Shown here piece after piece: positions 26,907 to 40,228 of a stretch of DNA of 64,000 nt. The stretch lies in assembly GCA_030141605.1 (NCBI GenBank), contig JAQGDQ010000492.1, forward strand, positions 62,001-126,000, read 5' to 3'. Each line of letters opens with the position of its first letter. Positions within the stretch are counted from its first letter, which is position 1. The DNA comes from Tubiluchus corallicola (Eukaryota; Animalia; Priapulida). The position numbers and the translations under genes are program-made. The notes beneath the pieces were generated by a model. The model was not told the origin of the DNA. It made no database searches and worked only from the letters and a program-made list of their open reading frames with translations.

Positions 26907-29900
26907 CGGATGGCACCACGTGTTCTCAAATTGCTGTAATTTTCGAATCATTAAATGGCAGTATTGAAAAGGGAAATGAGTTCTAACTGAAAGATCATGT
27001 TTTCACAGTCCTTTCAAAATCAAGTCTGTTGAGAAACTTTATCAATCATGCTGGTGGCAAGCTCAAGAACAGCTTAAAGCTATTTCAGGGGAAACAATCA
27101 ATTTTGCCTTTTTTACCATAAACATTCTATACTTTTGTAATCAGTCAATTTACCAGTCATTTCCAGTTATCAAACTTGGGTGAATGAGGTCCAGGAATAA
27201 GTCTATATAAGACACAATGAAGAATTTTTATGCAGACCCAAACAAACAATTAGTGATATGGATAACAACAGACAAATATTACTTCCTGTCCCTTTTCTTG
27301 TACGTGTAAACAGAAAGTCTAGGGAAACAAAATCCAGACAAAATTCAAACCAAAGTTTAATCCAGATTCTTGATTTTTTTCCAATGATATAAAAAATTTT
27401 CTGAAGAAGTCTTGTTATTTGTCACAGAATATATATTATTATTATATAAAAATCTCTTCTCTGGTGCCACAGAATGACAACAAAACACATAAATTGCACT
27501 GTGTGATGGTTTTGTGTTTATGTCAACATATAATGTCTGCAGCCTGTAGAAATGTAGTTTGTGCTTATTATTTCATAAAGATTGTATTTGTAAAAACTTC
27601 AGTTTTTTTAGATAGGAGGATTGTGCTGAAGCTTTGCACTTGTGGTTTTAATTTTTTGCACCTGATGCATTTGCTCATTAGCAACGTAGCCCATTCATGA
27701 CAAGCAATCACTGAATGCCATCATTATTTTATAAATCAGATACTGTACGGTTACGGTTTCAGTCCATATTTAATACTGCTTGACTAGAATGTGCAGATTC
27801 CATAGACAAAGCAAATCTGATGCTTAGTTACTGTGCATATAAGCATGGATATGTAATTTACGGATTTGGTAATATATTATTATCAATTTATTATTAACCC
27901 AAAAACTCATTAAATCAGAAAAATATGTCTGTTTACCTAAATTAGCTAGCTTAGGGATTCTCAGCCAGGAGTGCAGGTATATCTGCACTTCTTAGAGCAC
28001 ACATAAAATCAGAGAGATTAATAATAGAGTATAATGAATGCTGTTTTAAGCTATAGGCAGATTGCAAAAAGAAAGTACCTCGAACCATATGTACATAGAT
28101 TACTTACCATTTAGTTATAATACTTATTGCTGACGAATAATATAAGATGGAACTATTTTGTGGTTAAATAATTAGAAGAACGGAGCGCCAAGAGTACTAA
28201 GCAGTCTAAACTATGTACTAGGTACTGTAATTGTACATAAACCTTCAAAACCTAAGACAAATCAATCAATACATTATCTGGAGCATGGAATATTGTATGA
28301 ATCAGCAAGTGCTTTTGATTTTCTTACACCAAAAAGGAAAGAAAATAGCGTAATCATTCAATGGACATGCCACAGTGGCCGTCAGAAGTAACTTTACTTT
28401 AATTTAGGAAAAGCAAACTCATATCCGGGTTGGCTGAACTAAATTAAGCAAACCAAAAGTAACTGGTCCTTACTTTGGATCTTGTGGGAAAATTACAAAA
28501 ATAAAGAAAACAGCTTAAAGCATAACACGCATAAAACTGGATCTCAGTCAGAGATAAACTACCGTTTACTACTATCACCTGGGATTAACTGTACAGCGAA
28601 AGCAAGATGGGAACTCTTTAGAACTCTTGTTGTTGTCATGAATATGTAAACGCGACTCTTTCCTCGCACATCGCCATCGCTAATTTGAGCGTGTGACACT
28701 TTTTCATTTGCCGTATTAAGAAAATTTCTACAATTGAGTTGTGTGGAGTAGTGTCAGTCAGCTTTATTTTGTATCACTAAATAAATTAAATATTATTTAT
28801 TAGGTTATCTATGTAATTATTACAAGTAGTATTGCTATCTACCATCAACTATATTTGTTTAAGGAGAAACCACGCACAAGGACCCAACAGGTGTGCTTCC
28901 TTATTTTGGCAAGCATGATTACTAATCAAGAATGCAGATAAGTAGGACACGGAAAACTGCTACTCTTTATAACCCATTAATTTTTGATTGGTCAGACTAA
29001 TTGAGTTGAACCAACATTTATAATTTTATGTTATACCGTCACTCTTGCACAAGTTAAAGCATACAAGTTTACATGGAAAAACTAAGCGACAAGGCAGAAT
29101 GTAAAAACGTGGTTTTCCATGAGGTTGCACAACTCTAATTTTTCTTTTTGCTTGGTTGGGGACATAAGTTTTATCAATTAGACCTTCTCAGCAAAGTCAG
29201 TGTATTTCTGGAATGGTTATACTTGGTGATCGTAGGCTGCACGTCATTTAGGAAGCCCTTAGATAATAGTTTGTAGTGGATCAGGTCATGTCGTTTAGAA
29301 GCAGTGTTGGTTGCAGTCAGAAGACTAGCCATTGCCAGTCTTCCTGTCTTTCCACTTATTACCATGCGGTTCCCAGTAGATGGAGTTAATGCCACCCCTT
29401 AATGATAGTGATATCATCAAGCCGTCAAATGTTGAAAGTACAGCTTGAGAAGCCCGTCACCCGAGTGTTCCTGTTCATGTAGATGTAGAAGCCTCCTAAA
29501 GCGATTACTGCTAGGTGAAACTAGCTAACCAACTTGTTCACAGAGACTTACAATTTAAGTCTTAGTTTACTGCATTTTTCTTTCAATTAAAAATCAGTAG
29601 CAAAGCGATAAATCTACCCCACTTTTACTAATTATGTAATTATGTGTTTTCCTCATCAAGTAGTAATGAGCATACAACTAATCGTTTGTTTGTGAGTCTG
29701 TTCTGATAAAGTTAACTTCTAGTGACTCACAGCCTTAGATGAATCAAAACGCGCAAAATTAACAAGTACTTGTGGTGTGTTAGCACCAGTGTGCAGGTGT
29801 TAACCTGCCACTTTGGCATAAGTATCTTTACAGAGCTCTTTAGGTCATACAGATTATCGCAAGCGGCGAGCAGTTTATGGCTAATTTCTGGTTTATATTA

Positions 29901-29948
29901 CAGTGCTGGAACTTTAGTAGCAGCAAGCTAAAAATAAAGTGGGATGGC

Positions 29949-30131
29949 TTCGTAATATAAGAACTACGAATTCCATAAGGGAAGAGGACAACAGCATCAT
30001 CAACAACAATAGAAGCATTAGCAACACAATCACCACTGTTCGTAATATAAGAACTACGAATTCCATAAGGGAAGAGGACAACAGCATCATCAACAACAAT
30101 ACAAGCATTAGCAACACAATCACCACTGTTC
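29949..30131. repeat. Tandem duplication of a ~90-bp segment
   Basis: ttcgtaatataagaactacgaattccataagggaagaggacaacagc...caccactgttc occurs twice in tandem. Confidence 0.9.
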
Positions 30132-30442
30132 AGATTGCCAACGATACCAGCGAAAATAATGTGAGATAGCCGGAAGCCTTCAAACCAGCATATATGTTTT
30201 AATGTGGAGCAGTAGAAATTCTTAACTAAATAAGCTTTAAGCAAGATCTCACAGTAACCAAACCAAAGAATACACCATTACCTGTTGCACGCTAAAACAA
30301 TTACAAAACAGAAAGTGCTACAAACGATTGCGATAAGCTATAAAATCAGCCCATTATCGAGTACTTGTAAATTGGATTATCAACCTTAATAATACTTGTT
30401 ACTTTGATAATAATTATGTTTATCTTTCTTGGCGCGCAAGAT

Positions 30443-31093
30443 GACGATCTGACAATTGCATCAACTTCAGCTTGATGAGTGTGACACACCTAGACGATCT
30501 GACAATTGCATCAACTTCAGCTTGATGAGTGTGACTCACCTAGACGATCTGACAATTGCATCAACTTCAGCTTGATGAGTGTGACACACCTAGACGATCT
30601 GACAATTGCATCAACTTCAGCTTGATGAGTGTGACTCACCTAGACGATCTGACAATTGCATCAACTTCAGCTTGATGAGTGTGACACACCTAGACGATCT
30701 GACAATTGCATCAACTTCAGCTTGATGAGTGTGACACACCTAGACGATCTGACAATTGCATCAACTTCAGCTTGATGAGTGTGACTCACCTAGACGATCT
30801 GACAATTGCATCAACTTCAGCTTGATGAGTGTGACACACCTAGACGATCTGACAATTGCATCAACTTCAGCTTGATGAGTGTGACACGCCTAGACGATCT
30901 GACAATTGCATCAACTTCAGCTTGATGAGTGTGACTCACCTAGACGATCTGACAATTGCATCAATTCAGCTTGATGAGTGTGACACGCCTAGACGATCTG
31001 ACAATTGCATCAACTTCAGCTTGATGAGTGTGACACACCTAGACGATCTGACAATTGCATCAACTTCAGCTTGATGAGTGTGACACACCTAGA
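30443..31093. repeat. 50-bp minisatellite, 13 copies
   Basis: Unit gacgatctgacaattgcatcaacttcagcttgatgagtgtgac(a/t)caccta. Confidence 0.95.
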
Positions 31094-32145
31094 ATTTGAC
31101 GACAAAGAAAACATTGCAGGGAAGACGGAGAGTTTTTTGGAAAAACCGAATCGGTGAAGCAAGACTGGGTTCACAGAGCAACAACTGTGAGCTCAACAGA
31201 AACCTTGAGCACATAGCAAATCTAGATCAAGCGAGTCTGTCATCGTTACGCGTTTGAAAAGATGAAGCCATTTATATATGATGCTTTATGTTTACTGTGT
31301 TTTACAACTCGCGTGGCTTAATGTTCAACAAATACTTATAATTTTCTTTCTTTGTTCGTTCTTGCATGGCGTACATGTGCTAACACTGTCACAACACGAA
31401 GCTACAATAAAACCAGAAACGTTTCTAAATCTTCCAACTTATAAACAAATAGTAAAATAATTTGATTAAAGTTTATTTATGCTTGTGATTAAATCTGCTT
31501 GCTGATTATTGTTGTTTATTGCGTGGCGTGTGAGGTAGCCACGATGGGCATGGCAAACTATCAAGGCTCTATTTAATAAGCAACACATTTATTAAATATC
31601 AAATAGAACACGGTAAATGTAAGAGGATGGTCATTCTAGCCCTCCGCCTTCAAGTCAGCTCCTCATCTCTCCCGAGGTGCGGGCCTCAAACACTTTTGTC
31701 TAACTACCTAATGCGCCGTGCACTTAATCTTGTTAACCAAAATCATTATTAACACAGGTTTCCTTTCCTCAAATTTTGTATAAGCAATTGTTGCAAAAGT
31801 CATGGTGTGATTTCACAACGAATAACCGAATATAAAAGCAACATTTTGAAAGTGTATAAACAGCTCATGGAAGCACTATTGGTTTGACAGTGACAGAAGA
31901 CGGATAGTATGCACAGGTAGATTAAGCTTCAATGTTGAACATTTTACTTCGATGTATAGTTGATTTATGGATAGTCTGAAGAGCATCAGACAGCAACACG
32001 TTGGTATGAGCGTTCATATGTGGGAAGCCTCTAGACCCACATATGACATTAAAACCACGAAGAGAAACTTAGAATTCTATTGATTAATTAGCAAACGTTT
32101 TGACATCTTGCTTTTGAGAACTGTTGAAATTTTGAGCATGCATAG

Positions 32146-32183
32146 CAGGGGCGGAACTAGGAGGGGGCGAAGGGGGGCCCCTG
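32146..32183. mobile_element. 38-bp hAT-like transposon relic with 8-bp target-site duplication
   Basis: atgcatag|caggggc...gcccctg|atgcatag: 7-bp TIR with CAG ends and perfect 8-bp flanking direct repeat (32138-32145, 32184-32191). Confidence 0.75.
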
Positions 32184-33769
32184 ATGCATAGATGGCTTTG
32201 ATTACAAATTTCTCCAGTGTGTCTATTGAGCCAGAAACCATGTTTTAAATAATAAGACAGAAAGTGAATTGTTGTTAAATGGTGATCAACTACTGACTGT
32301 GCATCAATTAATGTAAAACTTCAAATAAAACCAGCTGACTGGCTTCAGTGTAAACATGAGGACAGCATAATAACAAGAGAAGTGAAACCATTATAATATT
32401 CTGTTTCGCGGGCAGTTTTCACTGAATGTAACAAGAAAACGTTGTACATTCCTCGACCAATGCAATAAATGTATGCGTATTTAGACTTCATTTTTCTAAA
32501 CACTCAAACTGTTGGAAATTATCTAACTTGAAATTTTATAAAACAGGATGTTAAACATTCAAATTTCGGACTCTGATGTCTGAAACAGAAACTATCATAG
32601 TTGCAGCTCGATGCCTAGACAGTCTTAAATATTTTGTTTATGCCGTAAACACAGAGAGTCAACACAAAAATTGAACACCAGGATCACCATAATGACTCTG
32701 CTATCACCAGGCAAGGTCATTATCATTGTTACCACCACGTGATCATTACACAACCACTAGTACCAGTGCTACCACCGCCACCGCCACCGAAACAACTACG
32801 ACTACTTCAGTACGGCCAGACTCTACATAAATACCAACACTATAGCATCACCACAACTACCAGCTGCAGTAGCATCAACATTACCAGCACCAGCCTTGTT
32901 CAGCTAAAAAAATTTAACTGATTAATCAGCGTTTTACCCACCTAAACGGAAACATTATTAGTCTACCAAGACGGTGGAAGCAAAAATAATCGGCTACTGA
33001 TTTGTAAACCATTATTAACAGTGAATATTAAAAAATATAGTAAAAAGGCTGTTTGTTTATTGATTCTAGGCATGGTAATTTTTAATCTACCAATCTGATG
33101 CAATACTTTTCTTAATGTAATGAACGTTAGTAAAGTTAGGGTACTCGCTAATCGAAATTTCATAAACCAGCTGTAATGGTCAGTTCAGATTACAATATGG
33201 TATACTGCCGCAAGCTCGATTCTCCTCTTTCACAGCTAGCCACATTGTATTTCTCAAGGTTGCAGGGTAACGTGTTTTTGAACGTGTTAGAAAATTGTCT
33301 AATTTTTATAATAATTAGATTTATTAAATCTAATTAGCCTGGTGATAATTCATTCTTCAACGTAATTTACAATAGTTAGTAGGTCCCAGAAAGGCCATCT
33401 TTTAATTAGTCATATTGATTTCTACAACATTGTAATGCGAACAGCATCTACTTCAATTTGTTTTTTTTTCTTCTTTTTTGCCAATCCTTTTCTTTTGTTG
33501 ATTAATCTGTGCCACCTGAGCACGGGTTTGCAGAAAATCTTTAATAACTACTATTAGGCCACTGATTTTTTTCTGAAAAATGCAACTGATCCGTGGTAAT
33601 GTGCTGCATAGCAACATGCTTTTGTTTGCTAATAAGACAGAGCCTTACTCTTATGACGAGAGTAACTGTTGTTATGCAACTAGACCTTACTTTGTAAGCC
33701 TTAGTCTCTCTCTTTCTTATGAAGGAGCTGCTGTGGAAGCTATTTTTGTGCCGATATACGTCTAATATC

Positions 33770-34361
33770 ATGACAATAATTCTTTACATTTCACGCATTG
33801 CTATCCTTGTGTCACTTTGCTTTAGAGAAGTAGCGCTGCTTCTAAAAGACCCGTGTGATGCTAATCGGCCACCAAAAGAATCTGGATGTATCGCTTTGAA
33901 TGACGTTCAAGCCAATGTGTGCAATATCACGTGTGACAATATCCACAGAGGGCAAATGCAGATACTTAGTAGATACATTCAGGACCATACTTACAGGCTG
34001 GTCATACAAAATTACAAAGAGTTTTCTTTGACAGACGATTTTCTTAAACATAAAAGAGTTGACATCTTAACTTTGGATTCCACTGAAATTATAAGTATCC
34101 GTGAAAACACCATTTATGGAAATATTGACACAATTATTTTAAAGCGAAATCCTGACTTAATTGTAATTTACCCTCGAGCATTCATGCAAGTGATTCATCT
34201 TAGAGAACTCATCCTTATAGAAAATCAATCATTGTTAAAACTTGATTTGGATCTAAAAGTGAATTTTTATTTTCAAACGTTGAGAATATTAGATGGTGCC
34301 TTGAAGAGTATGCCTGCACCAAGAGTGAAGAGTAAACGTGAAGTAGAACTGTTTTTACATC
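33770..34361 (+). CDS. LRR gene C exon 1: signal peptide, Cys N-cap, LRR array
   Basis: MTIILYISRIAILVSLCFREVA signal-like (alternative ATG 33719); family motifs LVIQNY, IYGN, IYPRAF, LDLDL; phase-1 donor C|gtaagt at 34361/34362. Confidence 0.85.
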
Positions 34362-34397
34362 GTAAGTCAGCTTTTATTGTTGCATTTGTTGTAAAGC

Positions 34398-34441
<44 letters not shown>

Positions 34442-34804
34442 GAAATTTTTTATTTCTTTAGATTCAACTTTTTATTTTTTACCTAAGGTTTATAGCATAA
34501 AACATTTAAATATTTACAGCAAAATGCAAAATATCTATATTTGTACTTGAAAAATTCCCTTTTGAAACATTGTGAGCAATTTTGAGTTTTCTGATATAAT
34601 ATAAATTACATTTGTCCAAGTAGCCAATGAGTAACAGCTATTGCAGTAATTTTATAGTAACTGAGCAGCTTCCAAATTTTCCGATAGGTTTATTACCATG
34701 GCAGTAATAAAAAGGGTTTTGATTAATTATGTCAAGGTCAATCTTCTTGGCACTTGAAACAATGTATCCGAAATATTTTAACAAGAGCAAGTACAAGGCA
34801 AGCA

Positions 34805-37181
34805 AGTACTAGACATTCTATTACACACTCCTAGACACTCTATTGCCCAGTACTAGACACTCTATTGCCCCGTACTAGATACTTTATCACACAGTATTAG
34901 ACACTCTTGACACTCTATTGCACAGTACTAGACACTATTGCACAGTACTAGACGCTCTATCACACAGTATTAGACGCTCTATCACACAGTATTAGACACT
35001 CTATTGCCCAGTACTAGACACTCTATTGCCCAGTACTAGACACTCTATCACACAGTATTAGACACTCTATTGCCCAGTACTAGACACTCTATCACACAGT
35101 ATTAGACACTCTTGACACTCTATTGCACAGTACTAGACACTATTGCACAGTACTAGACACTCTATTGCCCAGTACTAGACACTCTATTGCCCAGTACTAG
35201 ACACTCTATCACACAGTATTAGACACTCTATTGCCCAGTACTAGACACTTTATCACACAGTATTAGACACTCTTGACACTCTATTGCACAGTACTAGACA
35301 CTATTACACAGTACTAGACACTCTATTGCCCCGTACTAGACACTCTATTGCCCAGTACTAGACACTCTATCACACAGTATTAGACACTCTTGACACTCTA
35401 TTGCACAGTGCTAGACACTATTGCACAGTACTAGACACTCTATTACACAGTATTAGACACTCTTGACACTCTATTGCACAGTACTAGACACTATTGCACA
35501 GTACTAGACACTCTATTGCACAGTACTAGACGCTCTATTGCCCAGTGCTAGACACTCTATTACACAGCATTAGACACTTGACACTCTATTGCACAGTACT
35601 AGACACTATTGCACAGTACTAGACACTCTATTGCACAGTACTAGACACTCTATTGCACAGTAATAGACACTCTATTGCACAGTAATAGACACTCTATTGC
35701 ACAGTAATAGACACTCTATTGCACAGTACTAGAAGCTCTATTGCCCAGTACTAGACACTCTATTACACAATCCTAGACACTCTATTGCACTGTACTAGAC
35801 ACTCTATTACACAGTATTAGACAGTCTTCACAGTCTATTGCACAGTACTAGACACTATTGCACAGTACTAGATACTCTATTGCACAGTACTAGACACTAT
35901 TGCACAGTACTAGACACTCTACTGCACAGTACTAGACAATCTATTGCACAGTACTAGACACTCTATTGCACAGTACTAGACACTCTATTACACAGTCCTA
36001 GACACTCTATTGCACGGTACTAGACACTCTTGACACTCTATTGCACAGTACTAGACACTCTATTGCACAGTACTAGACACTCTATTGCACAGTCCCAGAC
36101 AGTCTATTGCACAGTACTAGACAGTCTATTGCACAGTACTAGACAGTCTATTGCACAGTACTAGACACTCTTTTACACAGTACTAGACACTCTATTACAC
36201 AGTACTAGACACTCTATTACACAGTACTAGACACTCTATTAAACAGTATTAGACACTCTATTGCACGGTACTAGACACTCTATTACACAGTACTAGACAC
36301 TCTATTGCACAGTCCTAGACACTCAATTACACAGTACTAGACACTCTGTTACACAATATTAGACAGTCTACTACACAGTCCTAGACACTCTATTGTACAG
36401 TACTAGACACTCTATTACACAGTACTAGACACTCTATTACACAGTATTAGACACTCTATTACACAGTACTAGACACTCTATTGCACAGTACTAGACACTC
36501 TATTGCACAGTACTAGACACTCTATTACACAGTACTAGACACTCTATTGCACAGTACTAGACACTCTATTGCACAGTACTAGACAGTCTATTGCACAGTA
36601 CTAGACAGTCTATTGCACAGTACTAGACACTCTATTACACCGTACTAGACACTCTATTACACCGTACTAGACACTCTATTACACAGTACCAGACACTCTA
36701 TTACACAGTATTAGACACTCTATTGCACAGTACTAGACACTCTATTGCACAGTACTAGACACTCTGTTACACAGTATTAGACACTCTATTACACAGTCCT
36801 AGACACTCTATTGCACAGTATTAGACACTCTATTACACAGTATTAGACACTCTATTGCACAGTACTAGACACTCTATTGCACAGTACTAGACACTCTGTT
36901 ACACAGTATTAGACACTCTATTACACAGTCCTAGACACTCTATTGCACAGTACTAGACACTCTATTGCACAGTATTAGACACTCTGTTACACAGTACTAG
37001 ACACTATTACACAGTCCTAGACACTCTATTGCACAGTACTAGACACTCTATTGCACAGTACTAGACACTCTATTACACAGTATTGCATAGTACTAGACAC
37101 TCTATTGCACAGTACTAGACACTCTATTACACAGTACTAGACACTCTATTGCACAGTACCAGACACTCTATTACACAGTAC
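34805..37181. repeat. 22-bp satellite array, about 2.4 kb, filling gene C intron
   Basis: Unit tagacactctattgcacagtac with shorter variant units. Confidence 0.95.
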
Positions 37182-37262
37182 TGGAGTATGTACTATGTAA
37201 ACCAAGATCCTTAAAGAGATGGCATGACAGTATTCCACATTTTGATTTTTGATTTTTTTCAG

Positions 37263-37435
37263 GCAATCGTTTTGTTTGTGACTGCGCCATGATTTGGACT
37301 AAAGCCTTCGCTTGGAAACTGTCATCTATTGATTGTGCAGAACCACCACGGAAACATGGGCGAGATGAGATAACTGTGGATGAATTTTGCGAGAACGAGT
37401 TCATTGAAACTTTATCAATCGCTAATTATCTCTAA
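37263..37435 (+). CDS. LRR gene C terminal exon: LRRCT only (spliced product about 254 aa, predicted secreted)
   Basis: Not in ORF track. Acceptor ttttttcag|gc; reads R-NRFVCDCAMIWTKAFAWKLSSIDCAEPPRKHGRDEITVDEFC...YL*, homologous to the LRRCT of A/B; AATAAA about 30 nt after the stop. Confidence 0.88.
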
Positions 37436-38341
37436 TTGTCCGAAATGTGTCAAATACTCGTTTTAATAAACAGTTATATACATTACTTATATAAAATTCA
37501 GATGTTAGTCATTCGCAATCTGTTTACCAATATTAGGCCTATTTGTCAATATTATCCATGTAACTACTACGCATTGTGGATTGTTAAAAAAATTTCTTGT
37601 AGAATTCAGTCAGTTAAATAAAATTTTGACAGGAGAATTGTTGTGTATTACTCTGGTTTGTTCTTCAACTTCGTTCGGTGACCATTGCTTATTATGGTTG
37701 TTATTCCATGTTGATCTTGAAACTCGTATTAAACTTTCTGCCAGAGAAAGTAGATCTTTTAAACTTTAGTTTCTGTGTATAGCACTGTTTGTGCACTTGA
37801 CGCAGAATTTTAGTAAAGTCATAAACATAACATTGACCTCATATAGACTTAAATCTAAAAGTAAAGACAATTTTTGCTTTTGATCTATGTAAGCATAGTT
37901 CCTTAATAAATAGTTTCTTACTAAATTTTCCACAAGTCTCGTAAAAATCTGTATCTATTAAATCTATATAACTTAAGTTATTTGTCCACTAGGAAACTTT
38001 TTGTTGGGCTTTAGAAATAAATTAAAGCATATTTCCAAGAAAGAATTTTCACCGTAAGGACTAGTTGCGTGTCTAAACCACATAACCGTGATTTGTGCAT
38101 GGTTCCAATGAAGGTTCATAATAATTGTAGTCTAAACTTATCTACTACATTGTTTTTCTGTCAAATGCAATTGTTTTCCGCATTTTTTCTCAAATGCAGT
38201 GACATTCCAAAGGTATATGTTTTTCTAAAGGAAACTCTTTTTTCTAGAGTCTTTCTTTTTCTAAAGGAACTGTTTTTCTAAAGCTTAATTTGGTTATCGT
38301 CGTCATTATTTAATTGTCAAAGATGACAATAAAATTAAGTT

Positions 38342-38816
38342 ATGAAGTCATTGGCTATTTATAGTGCCTTAGCATTTTTGTACATTATTTCTTGTCTATG
38401 CAATGGTACCATACTTGGTCCACAAATTTGCGTTTCTCCTTTGACCAATGACGACTCAAAACTCCACTGCAGCGAGCTAGAAGTTTATGCCAATGGTACA
38501 AAGTCAAAAAATTTATGGAAGACATTTGTCTCAAGTGGTGCGCTTATGGCGAATCATTTACATCAACTATACTGAAAAATAGAATAATAAATAACATTAG
38601 CACGTGGAATAAGGTTGACAGTCTTAAAATAAAGAAGTTTGCAGACACAACATGGCCGTCAAGTTTCTGGAGACATTTACTATTCAATATCTAGAAATCA
38701 GCCATAGTAATTTGAAAGAGTTAGGAGAAAATGTTATTAGGACGAAGTTACAAGAGTCCCTAGTTCTGACTAAGAATAATGAACTCTCCAATGTCCACCC
38801 CGTCACCTGTTGGTGA
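38342..38816 (+). pseudogene. LRR gene D exon 1, frameshifted and 3'-truncated
   Basis: Signal peptide MKSLAIYSALAFLYIISCLCNG; homology to F exon 1 continues in shifted frames (WCAYGESFTSTILK...KFADTTWPS, then KFLETFTIQYLEISHSNLKELGEN...NVHP); two -1 shifts near 38510 and 38660; exon breaks off after VHP. Confidence 0.8.
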
Positions 38817-38849
38817 AGTATCCCAAAAAGAATGTATTTTCATTTTCAG

Positions 38850-39508
38850 GTAATCCGTTCATCTGTAACTGTAGCTTAGAATGGACAAAGTCTAATAGCT
38901 GGTGCACATCAATACTGGACTGCGCACAACCAGAAAAAACCACCAGATTAATGAAATCAAACTCGGCGAATTTCTCGGTTGTCAAGAAACCGGAAGTCGT
39001 GAAGGGGTACCAGAGTGTCAGTATGTTCCCACAGAGAGAGAGAGAGGGTGTTTGGTATTCTGCGGCAAAAACCACCAAGTGCATGCATCAACATTGGAAG
39101 CTGTCTCGCAGACTTTGAGGTTTTTCACCAAGCAGTTGGTAATATGTAACTATGTGGACTCACTGTTACCACCAAAGTTTCTGGAGGGTAATACTATGCA
39201 CGTTCTTTCAATAATAAGCACACAGCTAAGCCATCTGGGAGAGAATGCCATCTGTGCCAACGTAACACAGGTAATAAAGATAACCAGAAGCAATAACCTT
39301 GTTGAGATACACAGCAGGGCGTTTTACAAGACAGCATCTGTTGCTATAATAGTGATACGCGAATGTCCAAGATTACGTTTCGTTGAGTTGAACTTGGAAA
39401 ATCGTTACCGTATAAAGGAAATCACGGTAGAGAAAACTGGTATGAAGACAATGAATATACCAATACTTAAGCTGAGATCAACTGATCAGATATCTCTGGA
39501 TGTGACAG
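38850..39508 (+). pseudogene. LRR gene D cassette exon 2, one -1 frameshift
   Basis: Acceptor ttttcag|gt gives GNPFICNCSLEW; frame changes at A6 run 38934-38939 before NHQINEIKLGEFLGC; donor G|gtgtcg 39508/39509; length 659 nt is 1 short of a multiple of 3. Confidence 0.8.
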
Positions 39509-39583
39509 GTGTCGTCCTTTACAGGTACGTTATTTATTCATGTTGCCATTCTTGAGCCTTAGTGGTGTATCTGACAGTAAGTT

Positions 39584-39847
39584 CAGGCTAGCGAGTTTTT
39601 ACCGTTAGTTTTCTCTCCGACTGCAAACTCACAAGTGTGAACTGCTTTGTGAGTTACTGTCGGCAAGTTATTGCAAACTCTCCTACAGTTGCTGCGAGTC
39701 GTCTTCCAGCGAGTTACTCTCTGGAAGTGTGAACGTCTCGGTAAGTTACTGGACGAGTTTCTTGCGGTGAATAGAGAATTGGGCGTCAGTTCACAGCAAG
39801 TTTTGCTCACTAGTCTGAATACGCTTGCGAGTTAACTTGCAAGCCTG
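39584..39847. mobile_element. Possible hAT-like MITE
   Basis: caggctagcgagtt matches reverse complement of aacttgcaagcctg at 12/14; internal gcgagtt-like repeats; no clear TSD. Confidence 0.45.
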
Positions 39848-40228
39848 TAAGCCCGCGGGCACTAGACCTCCTGAACATTCTACTTCAACTGTTTATTCTT
39901 GTGTTTTAAAAGTATATAGGTGAAATGGAAACTAAACAGAAAGTGCACTACGATGGTACAAACCCACATTTAAGTTTCGGCATCAAACTTGAAAGACAGC
40001 AAATGCGAAAAAATTGAAGTGTATTTCAACTAGAGAGGAATAATGTGGTTAAAAACAGAAGTTTTACATCTCTAGGCTGTCGCATTTTCCAGTATTCAAA
40101 ACAGTCCAAATTTCATTCTTTGATACTTCCAACATTAGAGAGTAACAATACACTAAAGCGTTGTACTGCATTGCATCAATTTGAAAATCTGACGTGCATA
40201 CAAATCTACTCGCTTTTTCAATTCTTAG

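Noticed and set aside
29174-29500. GC-richer segment with a 73-aa minus-strand ORF
   Set aside because: No recognisable motif or splice context; may be a transposon remnant but cannot be supported.
32739-32921. Pro/Thr-rich ORF upstream of gene C as a mucin exon
   Set aside because: Low-complexity (CAC/CCA) sequence with no ATG start, no family LRRCT and no convincing splice sites.
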